This document shows, piece by piece, positions 41,552-52,417 of a stretch of DNA of 64,000 nucleotides (within the stretch, counting starts at the first letter, position 1; every line of letters starts with the position of its first letter). The DNA is taken from the NCBI GenBank assembly GCA_963774955.1, contig CAVZGV010000003.1:128771-192770 (forward strand), written 5' to 3'. Both the position numbers and the translations under genes were made by a program. This stretch comes from Candidatus Falkowbacteria bacterium (lineage in GTDB: Bacteria; Patescibacteriota; Patescibacteriia; CAIXNZ01). The notes beneath the pieces were generated by a model. That model saw nothing but the letters and a program-made list of their open reading frames with translations. It made no database searches and was not told the origin of the DNA.

Positions 41552-43012
41552 TTAGAGTGTGCCCAGATCAAGCGTTTGCGTAATCTTGATTTGATCAACA
41601 AATTCATAGGCATGGCTGACCAAAATCAGGGCGCCGGCATAGTCATTTAAGGCTTTGGCAATTACGGGCAGATGCCTGAAATTAATATGGTTGGTCGGTT
41701 CATCCATGATCAAGAGTCCTGGTTTTTGTAAAACAAATCTGGCATAACAGAGCAAACCTTTTTGACCTTCGGACAGGGATCCGACTTTATTTCTTAAAAT
41801 TTCAGAGGATAATAAAAATTGTGCCGCGGTCGCATAAATAGTTTGATTGAAGGGGATATCCATCATTTCTTCCAGCGCCTGATAAGCAGTTTTATTGAAA
41901 TCAAGTCCGGAAAAATCTTGCTGATAATAACCGATGGTAATATCTTTGGATATTTGGGCGCCTGGTTCACTACCTTCGGCCAGAGCTTTTAATAAAGTAC
42001 TTTTGCCGATGCCGTTGGGTCCTTTGATTAAAAGTTTTGATTTGGTATGAATTTCGATGGGATTAGTCAGCGTTTTTTTTACTGCTTTATGATTAATCAT
42101 TACACCAACAGACTTGATTTGAGCAATTACTCCGACCAAATCCGGCTGAACAGGGATGGTAAAATTATTGATAGTTCTGTCTTCCTGTCTTTCGTCTACT
42201 ATTGTTTCTTCGGCATCTTCCACTTGATCCCGCAATTTGCTGGCTAAGCGGCGCATTTTACCGCCTTTGTTGGCAAAAAAATTAATTTTTTCTTTGCGAT
42301 CCTGGATACTTCTTTTTAATTGGGCATTCTTAGCCCGTTCTCGTTCAATCTGGGCTTCAATTTCAATCAGTACGTCATAATAGTTGCCAACATATTGCTC
42401 GACTTTTTGGGTATAAGAATCCAGATAAAGCACGCCGTCGGTAAAAGTATTGAGAAAATCAGCATCATGAGAAATTACCAGGCAGGTTTTGGGATATTCC
42501 ACCAGGAAGTCGGTCAGATGTTTAATGCCAGCACTGTCTAAATTATTGGTGGGTTCGTCCAGTAATAAAATATCAGGTTCTTGAATTAAGGCATAGGCCA
42601 AAAGCAGTCGCGCCTGCTGACCGCCGGAAAATTGAATTATCTTGCGATCAAGCGGAGCACTCAAGTGAACAATGTCTAAGACCTTTTTAATTTTTTTGGG
42701 CAGATCATAGATTTTTTTAGCAAAAGCATCGCTAAAATATTCTTCAATGGTTTTGTCCATGTTTTCCCGATTCATGACCTGCAAGGCAATGGCAATGGTC
42801 GTGCCGGGGGTAACTGAGACCTGACCTTCGTTAGGTTTCAAATCCCCGGTAATTAATTTGAAAATAGTACTTTTACCCGCGCCGTTTTGGCCCATGATGG
42901 TGATTTTGGTATTTTCGCGCACAGAAAAACTAGCCTCGGTTAAAATGGGCTTGTTTTTATCGTAGTGAAAAATTACTTCGTTAAAGCGGATAATGACATT
43001 ACCTGGATTCAT
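41552..43012 (-). CDS. ABC-F family ATPase
   Basis: Two ABC domains (GQNGAGKST/FSGGQ/LDEPTNNLD and GPNGIGKST/LSEGQ/MDEPTNH), no TMs. Confidence 0.92.
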   Translation of the reverse strand: MNPGNVIIRFNEVIFHYDKNKPILTEASFSVRENTKITIMGQNGAGKSTIFKLITGDLKPNEGQVSVTPGTTIAIALQVMNRENMDKTIEEYFSDAFAKKIYDLPKKIKKVLDIVHLSAPLDRKIIQFSGGQQARLLLAYALIQEPDILLLDEPTNNLDSAGIKHLTDFLVEYPKTCLVISHDADFLNTFTDGVLYLDSYTQKVEQYVGNYYDVLIEIEAQIERERAKNAQLKRSIQDRKEKINFFANKGGKMRRLASKLRDQVEDAEETIVDERQEDRTINNFTIPVQPDLVGVIAQIKSVGVMINHKAVKKTLTNPIEIHTKSKLLIKGPNGIGKSTLLKALAEGSEPGAQISKDITIGYYQQDFSGLDFNKTAYQALEEMMDIPFNQTIYATAAQFLLSSEILRNKVGSLSEGQKGLLCYARFVLQKPGLLIMDEPTNHINFRHLPVIAKALNDYAGALILVSHAYEFVDQIKITQTLDLGTL

Positions 43013-43163
43013 AGTTAGAAGATTATAATAAAGAATACAGATATTCTACCAGAAATTAAGCGTTAAGTCAATTATGTGGACAGGGTAGGTTGTATTATGA
43101 AGCGATTTGTCCTAAACTATAAAATAGCTTCTCAATCCTTGAATCTATAAGCTTTCATTAATT

Positions 43164-44360
43164 ATGAAAAAAATCATTTTAATTCTAGTTATTATTTTAA
43201 TCTTGGCCGGAGTGGGCTGTTTTTTTGTTTGGCAAAAAGTGGCCAGTTATTTTGTTTTGCCCCAGGCCGGTGATTCTTTGGCCGGTCAGCAGGAAGATCA
43301 GATTGAGAAGATGATTGCTGAACGCAGAAAGCAAAGTTTGAATTCTGATGATACTGATCCCTTTGGCGCTGACGGCATTGTTAAAATATTATTTGTTGGT
43401 CTGGATAATCGCATCGGTGAAACTAATGGTCATTGTGATGCTATTCAATTAATTGAAATAAATAAAATAAAACAAAAGATTACTGTTACGGCAGTGCCGC
43501 GCGGAACCTATTCTCCTTTGCCGGGCACTGGTCATTTGCCGACTGATTATTATGTCTCCAAGTCATGTGAAGTGGGAGGCTTAGATTATGGGGTTAAACA
43601 GATGGAAAAAATATTGGGCCAAAAAGCAGATTATTTGGTTTTTGTCGGATTTTCCCAGGCCATGGGTATTTTTAGACAGCTTGATTTGCCGGCTGAAGAA
43701 ACTATGCAGTGGCTGAGGATGCGTCAGGGCTATGCCATTGGTGAACCGCAAAGGGCCAAAAATCATTCCACTTTTATTAAACAGATGATAGTTAAATACG
43801 CGCCGCAACTGGAGTCAAAGACAAATTTGGCCCTAGGCTATGTGCTCTTTAAATTGGTTAAAACTGATTTAACTTTGAATCAGACTTTAAAATTAGCCAA
43901 TGCTGTAGTGACAATTGATCCTGCCGCACATTCTGAACGTATTCAGCTCTTAATGCGGCCGGCGTATGATGTCCAAGACATCAGTTATGACCCGACGACG
44001 ATAAATGATCATATTAATTCTTTGCTTAAGCCGATTGCCAAAGCTATTCCTGAAGGCGCGTATACAGGCGAAACTTTTGAAGAAAGCCAGCAGAAAGTAC
44101 TGGATGATATTAATCACGGGCTGGAAGATCCTGAATTTGTTGACTGGGCATATAGTAACTATGTCTGGCTGCAGATTGAAGATGAGACGCAGCGGGAAAC
44201 CAAGCATTTTGAAATTATGCAAAAATACATTGACTCGTTGGAGTCCGCTGATGAGAAAAATTTGGTAATTACAGATTATATAATTGAAATGGAAGACTTG
44301 GGCAAGGCTGATTGGGCTCAAAAGGGGAAGGAATGGCTGGAAATTAATACTTCTAAATAA
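43164..44360 (+). CDS. LCP (LytR-CpsA-Psr)-like protein
   Basis: N-terminal TM, ILFVGLD.R, CDAIQL, AVPRG, R.R...QR motifs. Confidence 0.75.
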   Translation: MKKIILILVIILILAGVGCFFVWQKVASYFVLPQAGDSLAGQQEDQIEKMIAERRKQSLNSDDTDPFGADGIVKILFVGLDNRIGETNGHCDAIQLIEINKIKQKITVTAVPRGTYSPLPGTGHLPTDYYVSKSCEVGGLDYGVKQMEKILGQKADYLVFVGFSQAMGIFRQLDLPAEETMQWLRMRQGYAIGEPQRAKNHSTFIKQMIVKYAPQLESKTNLALGYVLFKLVKTDLTLNQTLKLANAVVTIDPAAHSERIQLLMRPAYDVQDISYDPTTINDHINSLLKPIAKAIPEGAYTGETFEESQQKVLDDINHGLEDPEFVDWAYSNYVWLQIEDETQRETKHFEIMQKYIDSLESADEKNLVITDYIIEMEDLGKADWAQKGKEWLEINTSK

Positions 44361-44396
44361 AAAATATCCCTTTGCGGTTATTAATTTAATAAGTAC

Positions 44397-44498
44397 AAAT
44401 AAAAAAGACAAACCTATTTAGGGAGGAGCCGATAATCCTAACTTCATGGATTCCACGCTTCTCTCTGAATGACAACTTGCGGTTTGTCTTTTTTATTT
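44397..44498. repeat. TGTCATTCAGAG-family repeat nested in an 18-bp-arm terminator
   Basis: Outer aaataaaaaagacaaacc/ggtttgtcttttttattt; reverse complement of the inner sequence resembles the 62277 copy. Confidence 0.8.
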
Positions 44499-45109
44499 AT
44501 GACGATTTTTCAAATGTCTCCAAACATACCAGACAATTGCAGCAATGACCAGAATCAGCATCAGCAGATCAAAATTGTGCAAAGTCTTTTGAATCTGTTC
44601 CCAGTTATTGCCCATTTTCACGCCCAGCCAGGTAAATAAAATGCACCAGGGCAGGGCGCCGATAAAAGTATAAAATGAGAATTTTTTCAAATCCATTTTG
44701 GCGATACCGGCAGGGAAGGATATATAAGTTCTGATTACCGGCAGTAATCTGCCGAAAAAGACTGTCCAGTCGCCGTATTTTAAAAACCATTTATCAGCCA
44801 GATTCAGATCATGGCGGTAAATTAAAATATATTTACCGTATTTTTCAATTAAGGGGCGGCCGCCTTTGGCGCCTATCCAGTAAGCCAACCAGGAACCGAC
44901 TAAATTGCCCAAAGCGCCGATTATAGCCACCAGCCAAAAGTTTAATTGTCCGCTGGCTACTAAAAAGCCGGAAAAAGGCATGATTACTTCTGAAGGCAGG
45001 GGAATACCGCAGGATTCCACCAGCATCAATAAAAAAAACCGCCATAACCAATATGGCTGATGATAAAAATTACGATTTGTGCCAAAATGGCGATAAGGTC
45101 TGCTATCAT
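44493..45109 (-). CDS. dedA: DedA family membrane protein (1-nt indel near the A8 run at ~45031)
   Basis: ESCGIPLPSEVIMPFSG, GRLLPVIRTYISFPAG; N-terminus MIADLIAIL... in another frame. Confidence 0.9.
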
Positions 45110-45183
45110 GTAATCATTATAATAAATTTTAATCTTTTGGTTAAGATTAAAGATAAATGTTTTTTGTGGTACAATATAAACAT

Positions 45184-45420
45184 ATGGCTTTTAAAGAGAA
45201 AATCAGCAGATCAATTATTAAGTCAGTTACCTTCAGGCTTTTGATTATTTTATCTGACGCAATTATCATTTTTGCTATTACCAGGCGGTATGATATAACC
45301 GTCGGCGTGATTTTCTTTTCCAATTTATCAAGCACTCTTTTGTATTTTTTTCATGAGCGGGCTTGGAATAAAGTTCACTGGGGCAAAGAAAAAAATCTAA
45401 GTAGAGAGCTTTCTGGTTGA
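45184..45420 (+). CDS. DUF2061-like small membrane protein
   Basis: RSIIKSVTFR...YFFHERAWNKVHWG. Confidence 0.8.
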   Translation: MAFKEKISRSIIKSVTFRLLIILSDAIIIFAITRRYDITVGVIFFSNLSSTLLYFFHERAWNKVHWGKEKNLSRELSG

Positions 45421-45521
45421 GATATTCGGCTAGTTAAGCCAAGATGCTTGACAAATAGTTGTCATAATCAGTAGGTTTGATAAAGTAAAGATATAATCTT
45501 AATTCTTAACTTATTACGCTT

Positions 45522-45974
45522 ATGATCGTTAAGAACATAATGAAAAGAGATGTTTTTACCATTCCGCATACTGCCACTTATTATCAGGCTGCCAAAATTT
45601 TGCATGAACATAATATTACCGGGGCACCGATTGTTGACGATGACAATACATTAATAGGCATGATAACGGAAAAAGATTTATTCAAGGTCCTTTATCCTTT
45701 CTATAAAAGCTATTATGAAAATCCTGAATTGTATTCTGATGCTTTTGACAGGGAAAGTAAAGCCAGTGAAATCAGGGATAATAAAATAGAACAGTTTTTT
45801 TCCAGGGAAATAAATACAGTCACGCCTGATACTCCTATTATGAAGGCCGGTGCCATCCTGATTGCCAAAGGTATTCATCGCATGCCGGTAGTAGATGCTA
45901 AAGGGAAAATAGTCGGCATTATTAGCCGCGGCGACATCTTCGGTGAGGTCTTGAAAATGAATTTTGGATTTTAA
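45522..45974 (+). CDS. CBS-domain pair protein
   Basis: ITGAPIVD..LIGMITEKD and IHRMPVVD..IVGIISRGD. Confidence 0.9.
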   Translation: MIVKNIMKRDVFTIPHTATYYQAAKILHEHNITGAPIVDDDNTLIGMITEKDLFKVLYPFYKSYYENPELYSDAFDRESKASEIRDNKIEQFFSREINTVTPDTPIMKAGAILIAKGIHRMPVVDAKGKIVGIISRGDIFGEVLKMNFGF

Positions 45975-46047
45975 GTATATATCAAACAGCTCCGGGTTTT
46001 CGGAGCTGTTTTTTTTGCCGCCTAAAACTGCTATAATATAAGTAAAT

Positions 46048-48588
46048 ATGTCCAATAATAGTATTATAAAATATATTGATTTTAAGCCGGAAGAGGTTTA
46101 TCGTGTTTTGAAAACAAATCCGGCTGGTTTAGCGTCTTTGGAAATAAAAAAACGGCAAAAGTTATACGGTAAAAATGAAATCAAGGGTAAAAAACAAATT
46201 ACCGCGTTGGGAATTTTTATTTCTCAATTTAAAAATCCCTTGATCCTTATTTTGTTATTAGCCACTCTAATCTCAGGTTTTTTGGGTGAGTATGTTTCTG
46301 CCGTTATAATTTTCGTGATGGTTTTCGTGTCGGCGATTTTAGCTTTTATTCAGGAATATAATTCAGAAAAAATCATTGAGGCTTTGAAAAATAAGGTGGC
46401 TTTGCAGGCCAGTGTACTCCGGGGCGGTAAAATAAAAAATATAAATACCGCTCAATTAGTTGTTGGCGATATTGTGCTGTTGCAGGCCAGTTCCATTATC
46501 CCGGCTGATTTGCGTTTAGTTGAAACCCATAATTTAGCCGTTAATCAGGCAGTATTAAGCGGGGAGGCTTTCCCGGTGGAAAAAGATGCGGCAGCCTTGG
46601 AAAATTGTCAGCAGGTGATTGACGCCGCCAATTTGGTTTTTTGTGGCAGCCATGTGGTCCAGGGGTCTGGTAAAGGCATTGTAGCGGCTATTGGCTCGGC
46701 TACATTTTTGGGCCAAACAGCACAATTGCTTTCTTCAATCGAACCAGCGTCAGAATTTCAAAAAGGTATTTCTCAATTCGGGTATTTTTTGTTTAAAATT
46801 ATTATTTTCTTCTCTTTTGCTGTTTTTTTAATATTAGCCGTAGCTAAAGGCAATTGGCTGGAGGCCCTGCTTTTTTCTCTGGCTATTGCTGTGGGTATTT
46901 CTCCTGAATTATTGCCGATTATCATTACGATAAACCTATCTCGCGGCGCCCGGTTAATGGCCAAAAAAAATGTGGTGGTAAAGCGTTTAATGGCCATTGA
47001 AAACTTAGGTAATGCTGACGTGCTTTGCACTGACAAAACCGGGACATTGACCGAGGGTAAGGTTGAACTTAAGGATTATTTTGACTTTGCTGGCCATAAA
47101 AATGAAAACGTTTTGATTTTAAGTCAGCTTTGTAACACTTATGCTATTGATAGTCAGTCCTCTGCTAATCCTTTAGATTTGGCTATTATTAATTATGCCC
47201 AAAAATATAATAATAAAAAAACGGGTTATGTTATTGCGGATAATATACCTTTTGATTTTTATCGCCGCCGCATGAGTGTGATTCTGGAAAGACAAGGACA
47301 AAGAGAATTAGTTTGCAAAGGCGCGGTTGAAGAAGTCTTGGATACTTGCGGTTTTATTCTCGTCGGTAAGAAGATTGAGAACATTGTTGATCATTTAACA
47401 GCGGTTAGGGATAAAATTAAGAATTTGGAAGATCAAGGCTATCGCCTGATTCTGATTGCCAAAAAGCAAATTGACCGCAAGGAGAAATATATGATAGCCG
47501 ATGAGTCGGCTTTGATTTTGGAGGGTGTTTTAACTTTTATTGATCCTCCGAAAAAGACGGCCGCCGCTTCAATCCGCACTTTTTATGATCTTGGTGTCAA
47601 TGTTAAAATATTAACCGGAGATAGTGAATTAGCGACTAAGCGTTTATGCCAGGAAATCGGACATACTTATAGTAAACTGCTTACAGGTTCAGAAATCGAT
47701 AAAATGTCTGATCAGAAATTACAGAAAATAGTTTTTGCTGTTGATGTCTTTGTCAAGGTAACACCTGAACATAAATTGCGTATCGTTAAAGCCTTAAAGG
47801 AAATCAGGCATAATGTGGCTTTTTTGGGCGATGGCGTCAATGATGCGCCTGCTTTACGTGCGGCTGATGTCGGTATTTCCGTTGACAGCGCTGTGGACGT
47901 GGCCAAGGAAGCGGCAGATGTTATTTTGCTTAAAAGGGATCTTAATGTTTTAATTGACGGTATTAAAGAAGGCAGGAAAACTTTTGGTAATACCTTGAAA
48001 TATATCCTTTGCACTATCAGTTCGAATTACGGTAATATGTTTACGGTAGTGGGAGCGGCGTTATTTTTACCATTTATTCCTATGCTGCCTGTTCAGGTCA
48101 TTTTGTTGAATTTTTTAAGTGATGTGCCGATGTTGGCAATTGCTACTGATGAAGTTGACGAGGAATATATTAAAAAACCTAAACAGTGGGATATTAAAAA
48201 AATAAGGAAGTCGATGAATTATTTTGGCTTGTTATCTTCGCTGATGGATTATGTAACTTTCGGCTTTTTGATCCTTATTCTCCATGCGCCGATGGCAGTG
48301 TTTCAGGCCGGTTGGTTTTGGCAGTCATATTTGACTGAGGTCTTGTTGATTTTTGTCATCAGAACGAAGAAATGGTTTTGGCAAAGTTCGCCCAGCAAAG
48401 CTTTAAGCATTGGTAGCCTGATCACTACGCTTATCGTTATTGTTATCCTGTTTAGCAGCCTGGGCCAATATTTCGGTTTCGGAGTTTTGAGGCTTTGGCA
48501 GGCAGCTGTAATTGTCGGTATAGCCATATTTTATTTTGTCATGGTGGAATTTGTAAAAAAATATGTTTATAAGAAATTCGATATTTAA
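46048..48588 (+). CDS. mgtA: Mg2+-translocating P-type ATPase
   Basis: LSGE, SPELLP, DKTGTLT, KGAVE, DPPK, TGD, GDGVND, SSNYGN (type IIIB-like). Confidence 0.85.
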   Translation: MSNNSIIKYIDFKPEEVYRVLKTNPAGLASLEIKKRQKLYGKNEIKGKKQITALGIFISQFKNPLILILLLATLISGFLGEYVSAVIIFVMVFVSAILAFIQEYNSEKIIEALKNKVALQASVLRGGKIKNINTAQLVVGDIVLLQASSIIPADLRLVETHNLAVNQAVLSGEAFPVEKDAAALENCQQVIDAANLVFCGSHVVQGSGKGIVAAIGSATFLGQTAQLLSSIEPASEFQKGISQFGYFLFKIIIFFSFAVFLILAVAKGNWLEALLFSLAIAVGISPELLPIIITINLSRGARLMAKKNVVVKRLMAIENLGNADVLCTDKTGTLTEGKVELKDYFDFAGHKNENVLILSQLCNTYAIDSQSSANPLDLAIINYAQKYNNKKTGYVIADNIPFDFYRRRMSVILERQGQRELVCKGAVEEVLDTCGFILVGKKIENIVDHLTAVRDKIKNLEDQGYRLILIAKKQIDRKEKYMIADESALILEGVLTFIDPPKKTAAASIRTFYDLGVNVKILTGDSELATKRLCQEIGHTYSKLLTGSEIDKMSDQKLQKIVFAVDVFVKVTPEHKLRIVKALKEIRHNVAFLGDGVNDAPALRAADVGISVDSAVDVAKEAADVILLKRDLNVLIDGIKEGRKTFGNTLKYILCTISSNYGNMFTVVGAALFLPFIPMLPVQVILLNFLSDVPMLAIATDEVDEEYIKKPKQWDIKKIRKSMNYFGLLSSLMDYVTFGFLILILHAPMAVFQAGWFWQSYLTEVLLIFVIRTKKWFWQSSPSKALSIGSLITTLIVIVILFSSLGQYFGFGVLRLWQAAVIVGIAIFYFVMVEFVKKYVYKKFDI

Positions 48589-48609
48589 ATGCTCTCAAGA
48601 GAATAATTT

Positions 48610-49134
48610 ATGGGTACAATAATTTTATTTGTGTTGTTTATTCTTATCGCTACTGCGGCTCTTGCCGGAATATCTTTTGCGCCCTGGGTTCCTGCCTGGA
48701 AGAAAGATTTACCCAGGATTTTTAAATTAGCCGATATAAAGCCCGGTCAGGTTTTTTATGAACTGGGTTGCGGGGACGGCCGACTGATTTTTTATGCCAG
48801 TAAAGTATGTCAGGCAAAGGCTATTGGATTGGAGATCTCTTTACCTATGTTTTTGATCTGTAAATTCCGCCAGATATTAAAGCGTGATAAAAACGTGACT
48901 TTTAAATACAAAAATTTATTTAAGCAAAATTTAAGCGATGCCGATGTGGTTTATTTTTTCGGTATGCCTGATAAAATAAGCAAAAAACTGAAGAAGAAAC
49001 TGGAAAATGAATTAAAGCCAGGCACCAGAGTGATATCATATGCTTTTGCTATCAGCGGCTGGGAGCCTGAGACGGTTTCAAAGCCAGGACCTGTGGATAT
49101 CGCAATTTATTCATATATTATGGGCAAAATATGA
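48610..49134 (+). CDS. Membrane-anchored SAM-dependent methyltransferase
   Basis: APWVP, FYELGCGDGR, LKPGTRVISYAF. Confidence 0.88.
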   Translation: MGTIILFVLFILIATAALAGISFAPWVPAWKKDLPRIFKLADIKPGQVFYELGCGDGRLIFYASKVCQAKAIGLEISLPMFLICKFRQILKRDKNVTFKYKNLFKQNLSDADVVYFFGMPDKISKKLKKKLENELKPGTRVISYAFAISGWEPETVSKPGPVDIAIYSYIMGKI

Positions 49135-49215
49135 GGCTTGACACGGGCTTGAAAATTTTTTACTATATATTATATCCTATATGGGATAATCTAATTATTA
49201 AATAAAAAAGAAATT

Positions 49216-49404
49216 ATGTCTGAGGTAATTTCTATGGCAGATGAATTAATTTTGAATTCAGCCATGTTATTGGCAGATGAAGATGATGAAGAAGCAGAAG
49301 AAGCGGAAGAAGTTGAAGAAGATGATGATGCTGCTGATGATGATGAAGAAGCTGATGATGATGAAGTTGATGAATCTGACGAAGAAGAAGAAGATAACGA
49401 ATAA
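49216..49404 (+). CDS. Very acidic 62-aa protein
   Basis: Own promoter TTGACA(49138)-17-TACTAT and terminator aaaagggcg/cgccctttt at ~49409-49436. Confidence 0.6.
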   Translation: MSEVISMADELILNSAMLLADEDDEEAEEAEEVEEDDDAADDDEEADDDEVDESDEEEEDNE

Positions 49405-49537
49405 ATATAAAAAGGGCGCTAAGTACGCCCTTTTTTGTTTTTTTAAACTAAATCCTGTGGGGTTTCCAAATCGCCATATATTTGCTAAACTGGCTAATAT
49501 AGATAAGTTGAATTACTTAGTAAAATTTACTAAAATT

Positions 49538-50140
49538 ATGAAAAAATATTATCTTATCGGCAGTGTTTTATTGGGAACCGTTATATTAACGGTAGTAATT
49601 ATTATGGGGGTATTAACCTGGCAAAAGTCCAGTCATGACCAAGTCTTGTCCGAAATAAGAGATCAGGTTGTGGCGGAAGAGAAGATTAGCCCTGCTAATA
49701 ATGAGTACTTCAAAGTAAAACGCAGCGAGACCAATGATCTTTATTATTACGCGGCTGACGGCAAAAGATATGTTTTTCCGACCATTGATGTTTATCGTTC
49801 CTGGTATGGAAATTTTATGATCGAAAATTTGAAAATTGCCGATTTGCAGACCCTCTACCAAACTCCCTTGGGCGGGAATGTGACTTTCCGTCCCGGCAGT
49901 TTAATGAAAACACCATCCATACCTTCAATTTATTTGGTTATAAAAAACGGATTGATCAGGCCTTTTGCCAGCCAGCAGCTTGTAGCTGAAATTTACGGCA
50001 GTGATTGGAGTAAAAAGGTCTATGAATTGCCGGAATATTATTTCAGCCAGTATCAGCTGGGAGAACCGATTAGTACCCTCAAAGACGTCCCGGCGATATC
50101 TTCTGAGATAAATATTAATCAGGATAAGGGGTTGGAGTAA
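49538..50140 (+). CDS. Membrane-anchored hypothetical (surface) protein
   Basis: MKKYYL + TM; LYYYAADGKRYVFP...SWY...LGGNVTFRPGS repeat-type motif. Confidence 0.75.
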   Translation: MKKYYLIGSVLLGTVILTVVIIMGVLTWQKSSHDQVLSEIRDQVVAEEKISPANNEYFKVKRSETNDLYYYAADGKRYVFPTIDVYRSWYGNFMIENLKIADLQTLYQTPLGGNVTFRPGSLMKTPSIPSIYLVIKNGLIRPFASQQLVAEIYGSDWSKKVYELPEYYFSQYQLGEPISTLKDVPAISSEININQDKGLE

Positions 50141-50142
50141 TT

Positions 50143-51345
50143 ATGGTTCAATCAGATATGTCCCGCAAAGCGGGATCCGCCGTTGGCGGAAAAAAAATAT
50201 TTTTAGTCTTAGTTAATATTGCCTTAATTTGCGTTATAGTAATTACGGTTTTTTATTTGTTTTCCAGGCGCACTGAGCTTTTTGCCCAGAGCAGTTTGTC
50301 GTTCGGCAACAAAATTTTAAATGTTAATATACCAGGTCAAATTAAGGAAATAAAAAGAGCCAAGCCGGTGGAGAGGGAAGTTAAGGCCATATATTTAACC
50401 TCTTACTCAGCCAGTGTTCCGGACAGAGTTGATAATTACATTGGACTGATCAAGAAAAGCCAAATTAATGCCGTGGTTATAGATATCAAAGATTATTCCG
50501 GACAGATTGCTTATGACAGCAAGGTTCCGTTGGTTGAAGAATTGCAGACCGACCGCAATCTGATTAAGGATTTATCAGGGGTTATTAAAAAATTTCACGA
50601 TAATGATATTTATGTCATTGCCAGGCAGACAGTCTTTCAGGATCCGGAACTTTCAGGTAAAAAGCCCGAATGGGCGGTTAAAAATTCCGCGACCGGCGGA
50701 GTTTGGAAAGATAATAAGGGACTGGGCTGGTTAGATGCTTCAAAACAGGAAGTCTGGCAATATAATATTGATATTGCCAGAGAAGCAATCAGGCTGGGTT
50801 TTGATGAAATTAATTTTGATTATATCCGTTTTCCTTCCGACGGTCCGATGAAACTGATGCAGTTTAGTAATATGAATGGACGAACTAAAGCTGAAGTCAT
50901 GACGGACTTTTTTAAATATTTATATGAAAATTTAAAATCAGAACCGGCCTATATATCCGGGGATTTATTCGGCTTTACGACTGAACGTACCGATGATATG
51001 AATATCGGTCAGCAGATTGAAGACGCGGCTTTATATTTTGATTATGTCTGTCCCATGGTTTATCCGTCACATTATCCCAGCGGTTATCTGAATCTGAAAA
51101 ATCCAGCGGCCGAACCTTACAAAGTAGTAAAATTCGCTTTAACCAAAGGCGAGGAAAGTTTAGCCTTAGTGCCAGATGTCCGCGCCAAAATTAGGCCGTG
51201 GCTGCAGTCTTTTGATATGGGAGCCGTATATACCTCGGCTATGATTGAAGATCAGATTCGGGCAGGCCAAGAAGCCGGCAGTTACGGCTATTTGCTCTGG
51301 AATGCCAGGAATGTCTATAAATATCTGCCTGCGGTAAAAAAGTGA
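50143..51345 (+). CDS. Putative glycoside hydrolase (DUF4015-like); start may be 50158
   Basis: NAVVIDIKD, IARQTVFQDP, GFDEINFDYIRFP, PMVYPSHY, RPWLQ. Confidence 0.85.
   Translation: MVQSDMSRKAGSAVGGKKIFLVLVNIALICVIVITVFYLFSRRTELFAQSSLSFGNKILNVNIPGQIKEIKRAKPVEREVKAIYLTSYSASVPDRVDNYIGLIKKSQINAVVIDIKDYSGQIAYDSKVPLVEELQTDRNLIKDLSGVIKKFHDNDIYVIARQTVFQDPELSGKKPEWAVKNSATGGVWKDNKGLGWLDASKQEVWQYNIDIAREAIRLGFDEINFDYIRFPSDGPMKLMQFSNMNGRTKAEVMTDFFKYLYENLKSEPAYISGDLFGFTTERTDDMNIGQQIEDAALYFDYVCPMVYPSHYPSGYLNLKNPAAEPYKVVKFALTKGEESLALVPDVRAKIRPWLQSFDMGAVYTSAMIEDQIRAGQEAGSYGYLLWNARNVYKYLPAVKK
50161..50190. repeat. 30-bp double-hairpin element, in frame (SRKAGSAVGG)
   Basis: tcccgc-aaa-gcggga-tccgcc-gtt-ggcgga directly after ATG 50158. 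Confidence 0.8.
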
Positions 51346-51380
51346 TATAATGCAATTAATAATCGTTAATATCAATATTT

Positions 51381-52382
51381 ATGAACAATTTTAAATACGT
51401 TTTGGCCGTTATTATCGGGGCGATTGTGATTATTTCTATCAACCCGAGATTTTTTATACCAATACTGATCATTTTAATAATTTTTTATAAACCGATTTTA
51501 CAATTAATCAATAAATTTATGCCTATGGGACAAACTTTTGATTATGCCAAGGTTGTTGGCGATAAGGTTAAACTAGGTTCCAAAGTGGTTATTGGTGTTA
51601 TTATTGCCGTTATTTTAATAATTATTTTAGTCAGGTCTATTATAGTTATTCCAGCCGGCTATACTGGGGTTTATCACTTATTTGGACGGGTAACTGATCA
51701 GCCAATTAGTTCTGGCCTTCATTTGGTCATACCGTTGGCAAAGGTGGAAATGATGAGCATCAGGACTGAACAATATACCATGTCTGTTGTTTCAAGCGAA
51801 GGTCAAAAATATGGTGATGATTCCATTGATGCGTTGACTAAAGAAGGGTTGAAGGTGAATTTAGACATAACCGCCTTTTATCATTTGCAGGAAAATAAAG
51901 CACCTGAGGTTTTTAAAACTATTGGCTTGAATTATGATGAAAAGATTGTCAGGCCCGAAGTTCGCGGCGCTATCCGCGATGTTATCGCGCTTTACGATGC
52001 CAAAGATATTTATTCAGAGAAAAGGCAGGAAGCAACTGATAAGATTGAAGAAAGGTTGAAAAATTCTTTGAATATCCGAGGAATAGAATTGGAACAGGTG
52101 ATTTTGCGCAATGTCGCTTTGCCGCCATTATTAACTCAGGCTATTGAAGCTAAACTAACAGCGGATCAGGAAGCGCAGAAGTATGATTTCATTCTGCAGA
52201 AAGAAACCAAAGAAGCGGAAAGAAAAAGGATTGAAGCAGCCGGCCAGCGTGATTCCCAGAAAATCATTAATGAAAGCTTGAGCAATCAGTATTTACAGTA
52301 TTTATATATTCAAAATTTGCAAAATCGACCCGGTACGATTTATGTGCCCTATGATTTGCCTTTATTTAAAGGGATACAATAA
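51381..52382 (+). CDS. Prohibitin/SPFH family protein
   Basis: IPAGYTGV, GLHLVIP, LTKEGL, RNVALP, AIEAKL.ADQEA, RIEAAG. Confidence 0.88.
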   Translation: MNNFKYVLAVIIGAIVIISINPRFFIPILIILIIFYKPILQLINKFMPMGQTFDYAKVVGDKVKLGSKVVIGVIIAVILIIILVRSIIVIPAGYTGVYHLFGRVTDQPISSGLHLVIPLAKVEMMSIRTEQYTMSVVSSEGQKYGDDSIDALTKEGLKVNLDITAFYHLQENKAPEVFKTIGLNYDEKIVRPEVRGAIRDVIALYDAKDIYSEKRQEATDKIEERLKNSLNIRGIELEQVILRNVALPPLLTQAIEAKLTADQEAQKYDFILQKETKEAERKRIEAAGQRDSQKIINESLSNQYLQYLYIQNLQNRPGTIYVPYDLPLFKGIQ

Positions 52383-52417
52383 TTATTGATATAAATTAAT
52401 TTATTAATTTAATCTTT

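Noticed and set aside
49277-49537. N-terminal MKMMKK... extension of ORF 49277..50140
   Set aside because: Shadow frame of the acidic GAT/GAA-rich gene that crosses a terminator; the likely start is 49538
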